Origin: Antechinus flavipes | Lineage: Eukaryota | Assembly: GCF_016432865.1 (NCBI RefSeq) | Contig: NC_067401.1 | Coordinates: 444,416,001 to 444,480,000, forward strand | Length of the DNA: 64,000 bases | Reading direction: 5' to 3' | In this document: in pieces, positions 39,729-52,321 of the stretch | Layout of the letters: each line of letters starts with the position of its first letter | Numbering within the stretch: position 1 is the stretch's first letter | Made by a program: the position numbers and the translations under genes | The notes under the pieces: model-generated | The model's input: the letters and a program-made list of their open reading frames with translations, nothing else | The model's database searches: none | Told to the model about the DNA's origin: nothing

Positions 39729-42430
39729 GTTGGTCATGAAAGACAGCATTTTCTTGGCTGTCCTGAATGTTGCTCAAGAAAGTGACACAAATTTACAAAT
39801 GTATTCCAGAATGGAAATGCTGAAAGGCATTGAAGTAGGGGTTTTGTGTCTACCTAGGTGATTAACCTGTCAGTAAAAAAAGTCAGCCAGAAGAGAGGGA
39901 GGAGCCTGAAAAATTATAGAAATAAACTAGGTACCTATACCATTAGAGAAGGAGAAAGAGTCTTGGAAACTTCAAAATGATCTTCCCCAATAGAGACTCG
40001 GAGTAAGGGAAAGGAATCAGAATTGGAGAAGAGTTTGTCCCATATGTACTCATTAACTGCAGTTGTGAAAGCAACCTCACACCCCCACACCCATGCACCC
40101 GCTTCCTATAATGAACTTGGAACAGATGATACAGAAGGAAAGTTACAATTGTCATGATTTTTTTAAAAATGAAAATACAATGTTACAATACATGCAGGAG
40201 AACCTTGAAGGGAGATTTTTCTTCTTTTAAGTTCTTCCATTGGGAGCAACAGACAGTACTGGAGGGAGGCAGAAGAAATATAAGATCTTGGAAGAAGGTC
40301 CTCGTCAGAGGATAATAGAAGTGGTGAGCTCATCATTAATCTTTTTCAAGCAAAACTCCTAGCTCAGATCTGGGGAATGTTGATTAAAGACTACTGTGTT
40401 TGAAGGAAAAACTCTAAGCATTCATGAGTATATTAAATGCTTGAAAAAAGGAAGAACTGTGATCAAATTAACTAATCCTGATCTTGAGTTCTTGTACTTA
40501 ATGATAAAACACACACATAGAAACACACACCAAGTCTGGGATCTGACTGAAGAAAGATCATCTAAATTGCTTGGTTTAGACAGGAAGTAGTCCACCAGCT
40601 CCACTCTTGACTTGAATGCTGATATCCTAACATGAAACATATTAATCAGTAACATGAATTGTCATAAAAATATATTTATTGATTTAACAAACTGCCATGT
40701 TATCATAACTTGAAGAGTAAACAGTATATTAATGATGTTCAATCTGGAATTGGTTTACATTAAAATATGAACTGTCCATGCAACAACCGTGTCTCCTCCC
40801 CCTGACCCTCAATTAGGTTAGTGTGCAGTTACCAAGTAACCTGAATGGTAGGGATGGTTCAAATGAGCCAGTCTCCAGCTAATACACGAGCCAGCCCATT
40901 AAGATTAAGATTTCTAAGTTAACATTGAAATAGGGAAAAAAAACCATACACACAGGGGAAAAAAAATTTTAAATCAGATCAAGAAATATCTCTAATGACA
41001 GCAAATTGCTTTAGTTCATTTTAATAGTTTTAAACAACATATTTTTAATGGCTTAAAATATATCTTTCATGGTCTTCAGTTAGGAGTCTTTTTAATTTAG
41101 TCCAGCAACTAACCTGACTGACGTGCAAATTATTAAAATATCTTCTAAACTAAGTCCCACTTTTCTTCCCATCTAAGTATTACTTTTCTTCCTCTTAATC
41201 TTGACCACGAACAACACCACCGTTTTACACTTTTTGAAATATGTAATGTTTATTTTACTTCCTTTCCCTATTTCCCCCACCTCTCCACTGAATGTTTCAT
41301 CCTATAAATAAGAACACGAACGGATTGAAAAAAATAATAATTAGTTGTCTCTATCCTAAAGTACTTAAACTCCTAGAGATGGGTGGTCTATTCTTTGTAA
41401 TCCAAGTTCATAAAAAAGTAGCTCCAGTCCTTCAGCCAGCAGGCAGCAGCAATTTGCAACTCCACTTTCCCACTCCGCAGTTCAGTAAACCAGTCTGTTT
41501 ATGGAAACCCAGGTCCAAACTCTGTCTCTCTGCAATGTGGGGGACTGTTTCAACAACAATAGCCTGGTCCCACCCTTCATTTCCATGGTGTAAGGAAGCC
41601 TGAAATTCCATTCTCTTTGGCCAGCAGGTCCTTAGTTAATAAGTATCAAATTGTCATCACTTTCTTGCCTGTAACAGAGAGAGGGGGAGGTAGTGGGAGG
41701 AGAGAAGATGGAACAACAGCATGGTTCAAAATCTTACTGCAGAGAATTAAGAGCACATGGCAAGAGATACATTTCAGCATTATAAACACATCAGGTTAAA
41801 TGGAGTCAGCCAGGGTATTGGATGGGGATGGGGGGAAGAGTGGAGGGAGAGAGCATAGATTTGTGGTTTCATTAGTGTGAGGAACTCCCTGGTATGGAAA
41901 ATTAATAAAGAGAAACATAGATCCTTTTAAGGACTGATTGGTTACATTCTTCTTCTAAAGGACTGAAATTTTCCAGAGTTAACTGATCTTTAGATCAGTT
42001 ATTGCTTCTGTTCTGTTGAGACCTTATCAGGGGTTAAGTAGTTGACTTTCTTACCTTCTGGTGATCTTGGTTGACAAAAACTCCTCTGACTTTAGAGCAT
42101 CAACCCTTCATCCTGTTTACTGAATCATCACTATCCCTGCTCATTATGAATTGAGGCTCCTTTCCTGCTTTCAGACATTGATAATATAAACTCATTCACT
42201 GACTCTTTTCACATACCATAATTTCTACTATCATCCTCCTCCTAATCTTCACCTTTCCACCTCACCAAATGCCTTTGCAACTAACATTCTGGTAGACTAT
42301 AAACTAATTGAAGCCAGGAATTAAACTGATATCTATCATCATGTCATAGGTGCTTACCCCCAGATCTTACATATGTGCATTAAATATATCAGTGGGTGTT
42401 TAACACACATTTGTCAGGTTGGATTTATTG

Positions 42431-42550
42431 AGTTCTACTTCTTTTTTTTTTTTTTTTAATGTCTGAGATCAGATTTGAACTCAGGTTCTCCTGACTTCAG
42501 GGCTGGTGCTCTATTCATTGCACTACCTAGTTGTCCCAAGTTCAACTTCT
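42431..42550 (-). mobile_element. Short WSINE1-like insertion (head only plus poly(A)) with TSD
   Basis: agttctacttct (42431-42442) and agttcaacttct (42539-42550) flank about 78 nt of tRNA-like head followed directly by poly(A). Confidence 0.8.
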
Positions 42551-44977
42551 TATATATATTATTTCCCCAACAGAATGAAAGTCTGAAAACAGGAATTCTT
42601 TCTTTTGTTTTTTTTTTCTCCTTTCTTTTTAAATCTGCACCATATCTGGACACATCAGGTACCCAAAATGCACTTGCTGATTGAGACTGATGACCTTTTT
42701 ATGGCTCCCTCAAATGCAAGCTGAATCTCCTCAGTCATCACCTACATTTCTCCCCAACACGAGCTTAGCTTTTCATCTCATTCCACTGAAATCAAACTTA
42801 CCAAGGTTACCAATTTCAGTTTCACCTTTCTGGCTAAACTGAAGGCTTCATTTATTTTTTTTTCCCTTTCTACACACGTGTTACTTTTGACACTGTTAAT
42901 ATCCATCTCTTTCTTGATCCTTTTTGTAGCTCTGGGTTCAAATTCACAGCCCTGTTCTTATCTATTGGCTAAAACAGAAGACCTCAAAGATCCCTTTTAA
43001 TCCTTTGATCCTATGACCTTTGGCAAGTTTTTCTTCTCTTTCCCCAGTAATTACACACATCTTCCAAGATTCAAATTTGAACCATATTTAGTCGTTCCCT
43101 GGGAAACATTTATTGCAATGGACTATTGCCACGTGAACAAAGACAATTCAGGTGGTCATCAGCCTTATGCTTGTTGATATCCACAGAATATCCCAGATGC
43201 CCTGCCATGACTTAAAACTGAAAGTCAGCATTCATTCCCAATGTGAACAACAGTAAGCAAAAAAAAAAAAAAAAAAAAGGCTAAACTCTAATAAAGATCT
43301 TGACTCAGAATTCTCTTTCTGCTACTTTGTGTGACTTTGTACAAATCATTTACTTCTAGGGACTTCAGTCATTCCATCTGTAAAATGGAGGTGTTTGATG
43401 GGATGTCTAAAGTTCTTTTATTGCTATACATAAGAAGTTCTTTTACTATTTATGTTAAGAACTCCTTCAGCACTCCAATGAATGTCCTTTCAGAATCATA
43501 TTTTCAAATGCATAATTTTTTTTAAAAGTCAGTGAAAATGAAGATGTGTTTTTTCTTTCCCTACCCAAATTCACAGATCGCCCTGAATTGTACACATGGC
43601 CAGATTTGGGATCCTATGGTTATTGCTCTTTATTCACCCATTTAGCAGCTTCCTTTATTCTCCCAATGACTCAATCTTATGTCTACCTTTTTATTCTAGC
43701 TTCCATTTCATAGTATTTCAATGGGTTTTGTGCACAAAAGGTAGCAGTTATTGATTTAATGTCCTCTTCTCCTTCTAACTCCTGTCTAGTATGTCAACAA
43801 GTCCTGAAGCCACCATGCATCTATCCATCAGTAGTTAGATGTGGCAGCATGGGTGGCATTGGGGACATTCCTGGATGAAGCTGTTCTTTGCAAAGAGATG
43901 GCTTTTCTAATACACCACAATTACAGTCCCTTGGGACAATTTGTGGTATTAAGCAAGCAACCCAACTCCAATGACATTTCAATTATCTTTCAGGAGTCAT
44001 ACCTCCACATTCTCTAATGTATTTGTCTTTGCAAAAAAACAAATAACAAACAGACCCACAATTCTCAAAGCCCTCCACCAAACAGGGCAGTACTCAGGAG
44101 CCAAATGCCAATCAAAGAAAATGAATTTGCATTTATCCAAGCTCACTGCTGCAATTAAATGTTCATAGAGGATGAAATGTCATTAAAAATCGACTCTTCT
44201 CAGAAGCCCTCATTTCATATTTACTAGGCATTCTTTGGAAATGCTCAATCATATCCTCATTTCAAATCCCAAGACAGACTATGAATTGATTAACAGAGAA
44301 ATACGTTCTATGCTCTGAAACAGCAACTCAATTTTTCCATCTTTTTCCCCCTAGGGGTGGTTTAGATTCTTTTTCTCAAACAAATAGGAACTCAGTCTTT
44401 TGATATGGGGAAGGAGATATTTTGCAGTTGTATCATCATTCTCTCCTTTTATATTCAATACAAATTTATACATAGGTGTGGGTATACATACATATACATA
44501 CATATATGTATATATATACAGATACATATAATGGCCACTTGAAAGTCCCTAGTTAAGAGCAAACCACAACCTTCTAAGCACATTTAAGAAGTTACTGAGC
44601 TAAGATAGTATAGTCTTTAAGCTCTTCTGCTCTGTTAAGTTTGACTTCAGGACACAGGCAGGGTACTGCAAGAATAATCAGATATATAACACAACTTTGA
44701 GAAGGCAGCTTGGAGGAGACACCTTTTCAGGCAAGCACTTCAATGAGTCAGTGGGGACAGAACATCTAAATGGGGTCTCTTCTTAAATCAGTTTTCCTCC
44801 TCTAGCTAAAGCTTCTCACTTCTCGAGAGAGGGAGAAGGGGGATATATTCCACTTCACATTTTCCGAGCTCTCTTCTCTCACTTTCAAATGGGTCAAAAC
44901 ATCAGGGTTTTTAAATCCTTTTTTCTGTTTCATACACCTCATCAATAATCTGATGAATCCTATGAACCCTTTTACTT

Positions 44978-45215
44978 AGGGCATCTAGGTGGTTCAGTGA
45001 AATCAGGAACATTCATCTTTGTGAATTCAAATCTGTCCTAGTTATTTACTAGTTGTATGGCCCTGGGTATGTCAAGTATCCTTATTTGCCTCAATTCCTC
45101 ATCTGTAAAAGATGCTGAAGAAGAAAGTAGCAAACCAATCTAGTATCTTTGCCAGAAAACTCACAAATGAGATTATGAAGGATCTGGACATGACTGAAAA
45201 ATGACTGAACAATGA
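44978..45215 (+). mobile_element. Mar1-like SINE nested in a hAT-like MITE (about 44925-45330)
   Basis: The MITE motif atgaatcctatgaacccttt... resumes as gagccccttctcagaataat after the SINE. Confidence 0.7.
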
Positions 45216-45997
45216 CATGAGCCCCTTCTCAGAATAATATTTTGAAAAATTTCAAAATGAAAGGAAATAGTTAACAATAAAGATGTATTTTTCCCCATCC
45301 AAATTCTCTGATTCCTTGTCCTAAATCAAAAGAAATTATTTTTAGTACTTAATTTTGTTTTCAAAACATACATATTCAACTCAATTGAATTCAACCAATA
45401 CCTTGCAAGCTCCTCTATCCACTAGGCTCTAAAGACAAAGATAAAAACTAAATAACCTATGACCTCAAAGAGCTTGTACTCTACTTTCCTAGTAGAAATA
45501 TCCAACAACACTCTGCTAACTATAAAAAGTGTCCTAGAGTTTTAAAGAAACTTTTTTGGCTTTTAAAACATCTCTTAAGAAAGGGACACAGCAAATCCAT
45601 GTTCTGAATCAAAGACCTCTGGGGTCATCTTGCTCAGAGGACAGCATAGCAAATTCTATGTCTTTCTACTTCCCATCTTAGTACCTTTATACAAAGCCAT
45701 CCCCAAAGTCTGGAATGCTCTCCTTTCTGAAACCTTTATGTTTCTTGAAGTGCCACATTGGATTTCCCCAGGAACTAGTGTGACTTCTATCCTCTCCCTC
45801 CCTCTCAAAATTAAATTTGTACATATTTTTATTTACTTACTTATGAACTTTTTTTTTCTCTCTAGCAGGATATAAGCAATTTGAGGGCAAATATTGTGTC
45901 ATTTTTGCCTTTGTACTTCCAAAGCCCAGTACCATGTCTGACATGTGGTAGGCATTTAATAAACATTTATTTGATTGAAATAAATTCAACTTGACTG

Positions 45998-46003
45998 TTT
46001 ATT
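45998..46003 (-). promoter_or_regulatory. Candidate polyadenylation signal AATAAA, 23 nt after the MCOLN2 stop
   Basis: Plus-strand tttatt at 45998-46003, with a second copy at 45966-45971. Usage not shown. Confidence 0.35.
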
Positions 46004-46026
46004 ATATGACACCACACTGTCCTATA

Positions 46027-46057
46027 TCATAATAAGATATAGTCATTTTCAATGTGA
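46027..46057 (-). CDS. MCOLN2: Probable MCOLN2 terminal coding exon (about exon 14), (S)HIENDYILL*
   Basis: Strong acceptor tttatttctttttcttctag|T CAC ATT GAA AAT GAC TAT ATC TTA TTA TGA. Phase-compatible with the AG left by exon 13. NDYILL resembles the D-D/N-H-L-I-type ending I recall for eutherian TRPML2. Confidence 0.65.
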
Positions 46058-46204
46058 CTAGAAGAAAAAGAAATAAAGATTTCCTGGAATCCATTGTTTT
46101 CCAAGCATGGCTTTAGCCTTGGAGCAAACTCTTTAGACCAAGAGAAAAATCTTTCAGAAACACCCGAGGGCAACTTTGAATCAAGGAAAAATGGCTGCAC
46201 CCAC

Positions 46205-46326
46205 CTCTGACAGCAGCAGAGAAAGGTCACAGATGTGGGGACTTGTTTCTTGTATTCCTTGCTGCCACCACATTCCTTTAGGAATTCTTGAAGATCCGTT
46301 TGAGGAAAGCCATTCTGTTGGTATTT
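46205..46326 (-). CDS. MCOLN2: MCOLN2 coding exon (about exon 13), 122 nt
   Basis: tttaaag|KYQQNGFPQTDLQEFLKECGGSKEYKKQVPTSVTFLCCCQ+AG|gtgggt. Matches the TRPML2 C-tail (QQNGFPxTDLQEFLKEC). Confidence 0.92.
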
Positions 46327-46684
46327 CTTTAAAAAGAGCATAATGATGTTACCTTATTTATAGAAGAATGAGAAATCATTCCTATTGTTAACAGTCCAAA
46401 GCTACCTAGGCTAGAACAGAGCTTTCTTTCCCACACTAGGAACAGAGATCCAAGAACTGATACTAACTCAAGTTGAATTAAGCTGTCACTACGGGAACAG
46501 AGAAGTCAGGGACACCATGGAAACCAATACACAAATGAAAATAAAAATCCAAGAGAAAAAGGGAAATGACTCTTTAAAATTAAATATGCATATTGGGGTA
46601 CTCCATAAAGTATGAAGGGCTATAAGATATTAGGATCAAGATAGATAATAATAAAATTTTTATAGACCAATCCTAATTTGCCTG

Positions 46685-46925
46685 CCTTTCTTTCATTCTT
46701 CTCTCCTTCCCTCCTTTTTTTCTTCTACTCATCCATCCCTTCCTTTCTTCCATCCTTTTTAGTCCATTCATCCCTTCTTTCCTCTCTCCAACAATCCCTC
46801 TCAGTTATTTAGATTAACTTTCCATTTGTTCCTCCTTTTTTTATTCTTTTTTCTTCTTTCCTTCTTTCATTTCCCCATTCAACCCTTCCTCCTATCCATT
46901 CTTTCCTTTCTCCTTCCTTTTCTTG
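46685..46925. repeat. Pyrimidine-rich low-complexity tract in an MCOLN2 intron
   Basis: Almost entirely C/T on the plus strand. Confidence 0.85.
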
Positions 46926-49129
46926 GGTTGTGTATGTAAAATATTTCCTTACCCCCAGGAATCAATTACACATCTGCCCCAAATTCTGCACTTTTTTCTA
47001 CTTTTACAGAAGTGAGAGATGGAGCTCTCTGAAAGCAAAAGTTTTTGTAAAGGCTTAATGAAGACAGACTGCTTCACTCAATCATGTACCTTCCTGTCCC
47101 ACCATTCCAGTCCTTAATCTCCTTATGGAAGCCTATGGGAGTGACCTGCATCAATATTTAGGCTTGGAATACTTCTAGGAATATTTCAGCTTCAAAGATT
47201 CATTCTCTAGAATTTTAGTAGATAGCTTTTATCTCCCACATAAGTGCTCACTCTTGTTATTAAAGCAAATTGTAGTTGATGCTAATGTGAAGATGACGAT
47301 TCAGTAATCCTCTTGTATACATAATTGCTGGTTAGAGTTTTTCAATGAAGTCGATCTTCTAGTTATCATGGGTCAAATGTGAAAAGGAGGCTAACCAAGA
47401 GAAGGGTTGGGACTCCTAACCGCTTCCTGGACAATGGCATCTCAAGTGGGTTTCCATGAACATTGAGTCTTATCATCTGAAAAATGAGTTTTCACAGAAA
47501 TACCATTTGCTATTGAGCCAACATCACTATAAACACATTAAAAGCTAGAGATATGTCACACTTGAGATTCTTCAAGCTATCTCAATCTTAACCTAAAAGA
47601 TATTAACTACTCCTCAAATCCCAGAATCTCTGAGTTTGAAGGGGCTTCTAAGGCCCTCTAGAACAATTCACACCTGAATAAGAAAGAATTCTCTCTATAT
47701 TTTTGATAAATGATCACTTACTTTTAAAAATGTCTGGGGGGTGGGGAGGAGTCAGTCTCTCTTGGTGCAATTCATTCTATTTGAAAACAACTCTAAGTTT
47801 TTATTTAACATATATTTATTGTCTCTCCTCATTTCCCCAACTGAAATATATATATATATATATAACACAAACATATATAGTTCAGCAAAACAAATTTCCA
47901 CATTGACCATTTCTAAAAATATATGAATTATTTTGAATTTTCAGTCTATTACCTCTCTGGTAGGAGGTAGATGGAATCATTTCATCTTCACTGCTCTGGA
48001 TTTACGACTTAACATTGATAGGTCTAATTGTTTTCTTTAGATCAAACTAAAATTTGTCCCTCCACAAATTCTTTCCATTGCTATCAATTCTGTCTCCTGT
48101 GGCCAAGCAGAATATTTATTTAAAAGTTGAATGGCTATCTTAGCAGGCAATGGATTCCCCTCCTCACTAAAGATTTTTAAGAAGAGGCAGGAGGACTATT
48201 TTTTGTGTAGGTTGTAGTAGGGGTTCCTTTCAGGTATGATCCCCATTTAAACTCAGAATTCTGTAATTCTGTCTAAGCACAGAGTGTTTTCCACCCTACT
48301 GGTCACTCTTCTGGATGGTCCCTAGCCTGTTAATGTTCTTCCTAAATATAGTATCCAGTGTTGAACAAATTATTCCAAATGGAAATTGTCTATTCCTCTT
48401 ACTCTAGGACCATGAACAATAATCAACTAAACTTTGGCATTGTTTCTGGACAGGGTGTGTCAATCTCTGGAAACTATCTTACCCAAGTCAGAATTAGCTA
48501 TGAGACACAATGTTACATGATAAATTTTAAGTATCTTACCTGAATTTTCTTCTCTCCCATCACCACACCTATTCTCCAACATAGTGCTCTGTATATACAC
48601 AGATGCTTAGAAAGCTTTTATTAATTTATCTAATGGGAATTAAATAACAGGAATCTCTTTTCTTACTCAATTTTAACCAAACCTTTAGGACTAAGTACCT
48701 CTGGAAGTCCTTTAAGTTTCATATGAAGAGAAAGAAAATCAGTATCTGGTCATTTCTCAAAAGATACTCATACAATATTACTGCAAAAATTAATATCTAG
48801 CATTTAGCTCACAAGTAACCATATCCAGCCTATCTGAACTGATTACTGGAATGTTACCATCTTAATTTGTATTTGCAGTAAGATGAAAATCTAGTTTCCT
48901 TTCAGATCTGAACATAAGATTACATAGTACTGCTGCGTTGAAAATTTACCTCCCTGGAGCTTCCATTATCTAGAAAATAAGGAGGTTGAACAAGATGAGC
49001 TTTAAGGGTCTCTCCAACTCTCTGCTCCCACTCCCTAATCAGTGCGCCCAACATCTTCTAAAAGAAAACATATAGCATTTGCTGATAACAAAAGATTGAA
49101 TAATTGATTAAGATGAAATAACAGTTTAC

Positions 49130-49336
49130 CTTAATGGTGTCATAGGAGTCTGTGATAAGTGCAATGAAGAGACTGAGAATCATATATGTAAAAAGGCTGA
49201 TGAAAGAATATAAATACACACGACTGAAGAGCCACACCAAGATGCTCTTTTGCTGGATTTGGGCAAAGGTTGCGAACATGTCATCCCCATTCACCAGAGA
49301 AAACAAACATTCGGCCACTGTGCTCAGGTCTTCAAA
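49130..49336 (-). CDS. MCOLN2: MCOLN2 coding exon (about exon 12), 207 nt; pore helix, selectivity filter and S6
   Basis: attaag|[69 protein letters not shown]|gtaaac. Contains the NGDD filter of TRPML channels. Confidence 0.98.
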
Positions 49337-52321
49337 CTTAATTGGGGTAGGGATGGGAAAGAAGAAGAGAAGAGGTTTTAATTTCCAAAGTCCATTTACA
49401 CAGTAGGAAAAGTAGCTCAGGTTTGCTTTTAAAAACCATTAGGAATTCAGAAATCTACCGGCAATAAAAACACATGAGCTTCTGCCCAACTATGCATGTT
49501 TCTGATTGGTGATGCTAGCTTGGATCCTTTCCTATGTTATCAGTAGCTCTTTCTGGTTGTTCAGATAGTTGTTAACATTGAAAGAAAATCGATAGACCCA
49601 AGGGTTAAAACACTAGAAACAAAGTGAAACGGGATCATGCTATTCAGAAAACAAGGTTCCATTAGGTGAGATAATTTAGCTCTTTCAGAACTCTATTAGT
49701 CCAAACGAGGTATCTTCCCAAACCACTGAGCTCTCATTGTTATCTCTCTCCTACTTAAAAACATGCAATGACTCTCTAATGGTTAATAAACAAATCCAGA
49801 CTTTTCTGCTTGACTTTTCAAGCCCTTCAATAATCTAGCCCCCATTTACCCACTCAAATTTATTCATTCATTCACTCACTCACTCACTGCCTACTTAAAT
49901 TTATTTTTAAAAGTTTCATTTTTTAAAAAATTATGAACTATATTTAATCAACATCATTATTTCAGCATACATAAAAAAGATCAAACACAAACCCCAAACT
50001 TCTGTTCCTTAAAGCTTTTTTAAATAGAGATTAAATTTAACAAGAGTAGTAACAAAATTACCCTGTTTGTGTCCTCCTGACCTTTTTTTTGTTCTAATTC
50101 ACAGATGACTGTACTTCAGTCATGACTATCTCTTTATGACATCCCTGCTCATTCCCATTGTGAAAACCCTTCCTCCATACCCCAGCCTTTTGCTCTGGCC
50201 ATCCAGTTTTAACCATTTTCAAGGCCTTACTCTCTCTACCTCCTCAAGAAAGCATTTTCTGGCTTCCTTCAGTCCATTCTCATCTCTATTTCACTCTTGC
50301 TGCATTTAGTCATGTTATGGTAATTAACAGTTTTCTAAATTATTTTTTATCTCACCATTGGGGTCAGGATTACAACCTGTTCTTCTTTGCTTGCTCAAAA
50401 AAAAAAAAAAAGTCCAGCAGGGACTAGCCTCATACTTACTGATTGATTTAGACTGATTTTTTTTTTTTTTTTTTTTTTGCTGAGTATTAAGATGATTAAG
50501 ATTTAGAGCTAGAAGGAAGCTTGGAAGTCAACTAGTTTAGTCCATTCATTTTATAAAACTAAGGTGCCCAGGTTGAGTGATTTACCCAAAGTTTCATAAG
50601 CAGTGTCTAAACTAGGAATTGAACCCAGATTCTCTGGATTCAACTCCCAAAGCTCTTCTGCTATCATCACATTATTTTCAAATAAACAGTCAGAATTCAA
50701 ATCTAACAGCCAAGTAAAACAGTAGAAAAGCAGGGCTACTTTAAGGCCCTTAGAGTCTAGCAATGCTAGAGAAAATGGGAAATATAGAAAGAGAATTCTG
50801 CTAATAAAATAAGAAGCAGATCTCTTTTTGACTTGTCCTTCCACCAACACATACACATTGGCTGGATCCTAGGGTTTTTATACAAATTTTGCATCTTTCT
50901 CTATTTTGAATTGTATCACACCTCTGCCTTTTGTAGACAAAGCTAGAGGTCTCTGGCCTTTGAGGCAAAGTTTCCCTCATGGATCCATATTTATCCAACT
51001 ACCACTGAACCTAGGCAATGGACTAGGAGCCTCAGGGGATATAAAATCTTCCCTCCTCCCTCTCCCCCCCCCCCCCCCTGCATTGTCACCCAGAAGCATT
51101 TGTAGCTTGGCTGATAGTCTGACACCATGAAAGGGGAGGAAGTAATTCTTCCACAAAGGAATCAGACCAAAGACATGTACCTCATTAACAACAACTCCAA
51201 CCAGCCAAGCTAACCAGGACTTCTGTTAACGAGCCAGAGGGCAGTGTTAAAGAAACACATACACACACATGGGAATGCACCAGTAAGCAAGTCATTTAAC
51301 AATGTGCAAATTTTTATTTAACAGTAAAAAGGTCAGAGCTTACGGAGTAAATCATTTCCATTCCCACCACGGGCCTGGAGCCAGCGAATTTAAAACAGTT
51401 CTCTGTAGTTGTCAGTCATCACTGGACAGCTCCATCAATAAGTCATGTTTATTTCCTGGAACTTCATCGAGCCAATTAGTGTTCCTAATTGCAAAACTCA
51501 AGAAAATTCTAGTCTTCATAGAATGTCCAGAATTGCAAGCATCCTAGGCCTGTCTGGTAAATAGCAGTAAAAGGACACTGATTGGGTTGGAATGGAGGTC
51601 GGCATCAAATTCATTCCTCCTGTTTCTTCCGCATTAATTAAGGCACAGTTAAATTGAAAAGCATTAAAGAGATTTATGCTCATGAAGCCTCCCATCCCCG
51701 GTGTGTGTTTAAGACTTAGCTCACCCCACCTATCGGCTGTGGAGAGCAAAGCCCCAATAAGTTACAAACGACTGGCCCCCACTCTCTGTCATTTCATGCA
51801 CTGTTACCTAGGGATCTCACGCTGACAGCAGAAGGAGCTGGGAGTGGGAGCCAATTTCCGCAGCCAATTTCCTTGTACTGGGTGGGGTGGGGGGATGGAG
51901 GGAAGGAGTCTCATGATAACAAGTAGATTTTTATTTTCTTCTTCTTTTTTTTTTTTAAATGTACAGAGATTGGGAGAGGAGACAAGATCCTATCTGACAT
52001 GCTTTGGGAGTGTGAGAATTACTTCTTAGAATCTATAGGATGTTTCCTTAAAGCCTGACCAGAGTATGGCACCCTCCACAAGCCTAACATTCTGCCCCCT
52101 CCACCTCTCACTGCACCCCCAGCTACAGGACAATGAGAGAAACACAAGTAAGTGGGCTAATAAATGACACTGCTTGCACGATTGAGTCAGAATGACCAAT
52201 TGTTACTATCACAAAAATATCTCCTGGATCTCTCAGGTTCATTCCAATATTCATATTCAATGGTTCCATGACTCAGACCAGCTCACAGCCAGTGGGCAGA
52301 AAAGGAAGACATGCAGGGTAG

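Noticed and set aside
42814-42830. ISRE-like GAAACTGAAA downstream of the interferon-inducible MCOLN2
   Set aside because: GAAAnnGAAA is expected several times by chance at this base composition, and there is no other support.
43100-43230. Minus-strand ADDHL resembling the eutherian TRPML2 ending, as an alternative last exon
   Set aside because: No acceptor places ADDHL in frame with the phase-2 end of exon 13. The 46027-46057 exon fits directly.
1-45900. LPAR3 coding exons, tRNA/rRNA/snRNA genes, NUMTs, CRISPR-like arrays
   Set aside because: No GPCR-like ORF and no recognisable structural RNA, mitochondrial sequence or spacer array. The tRNA-like boxes all belong to SINE heads.
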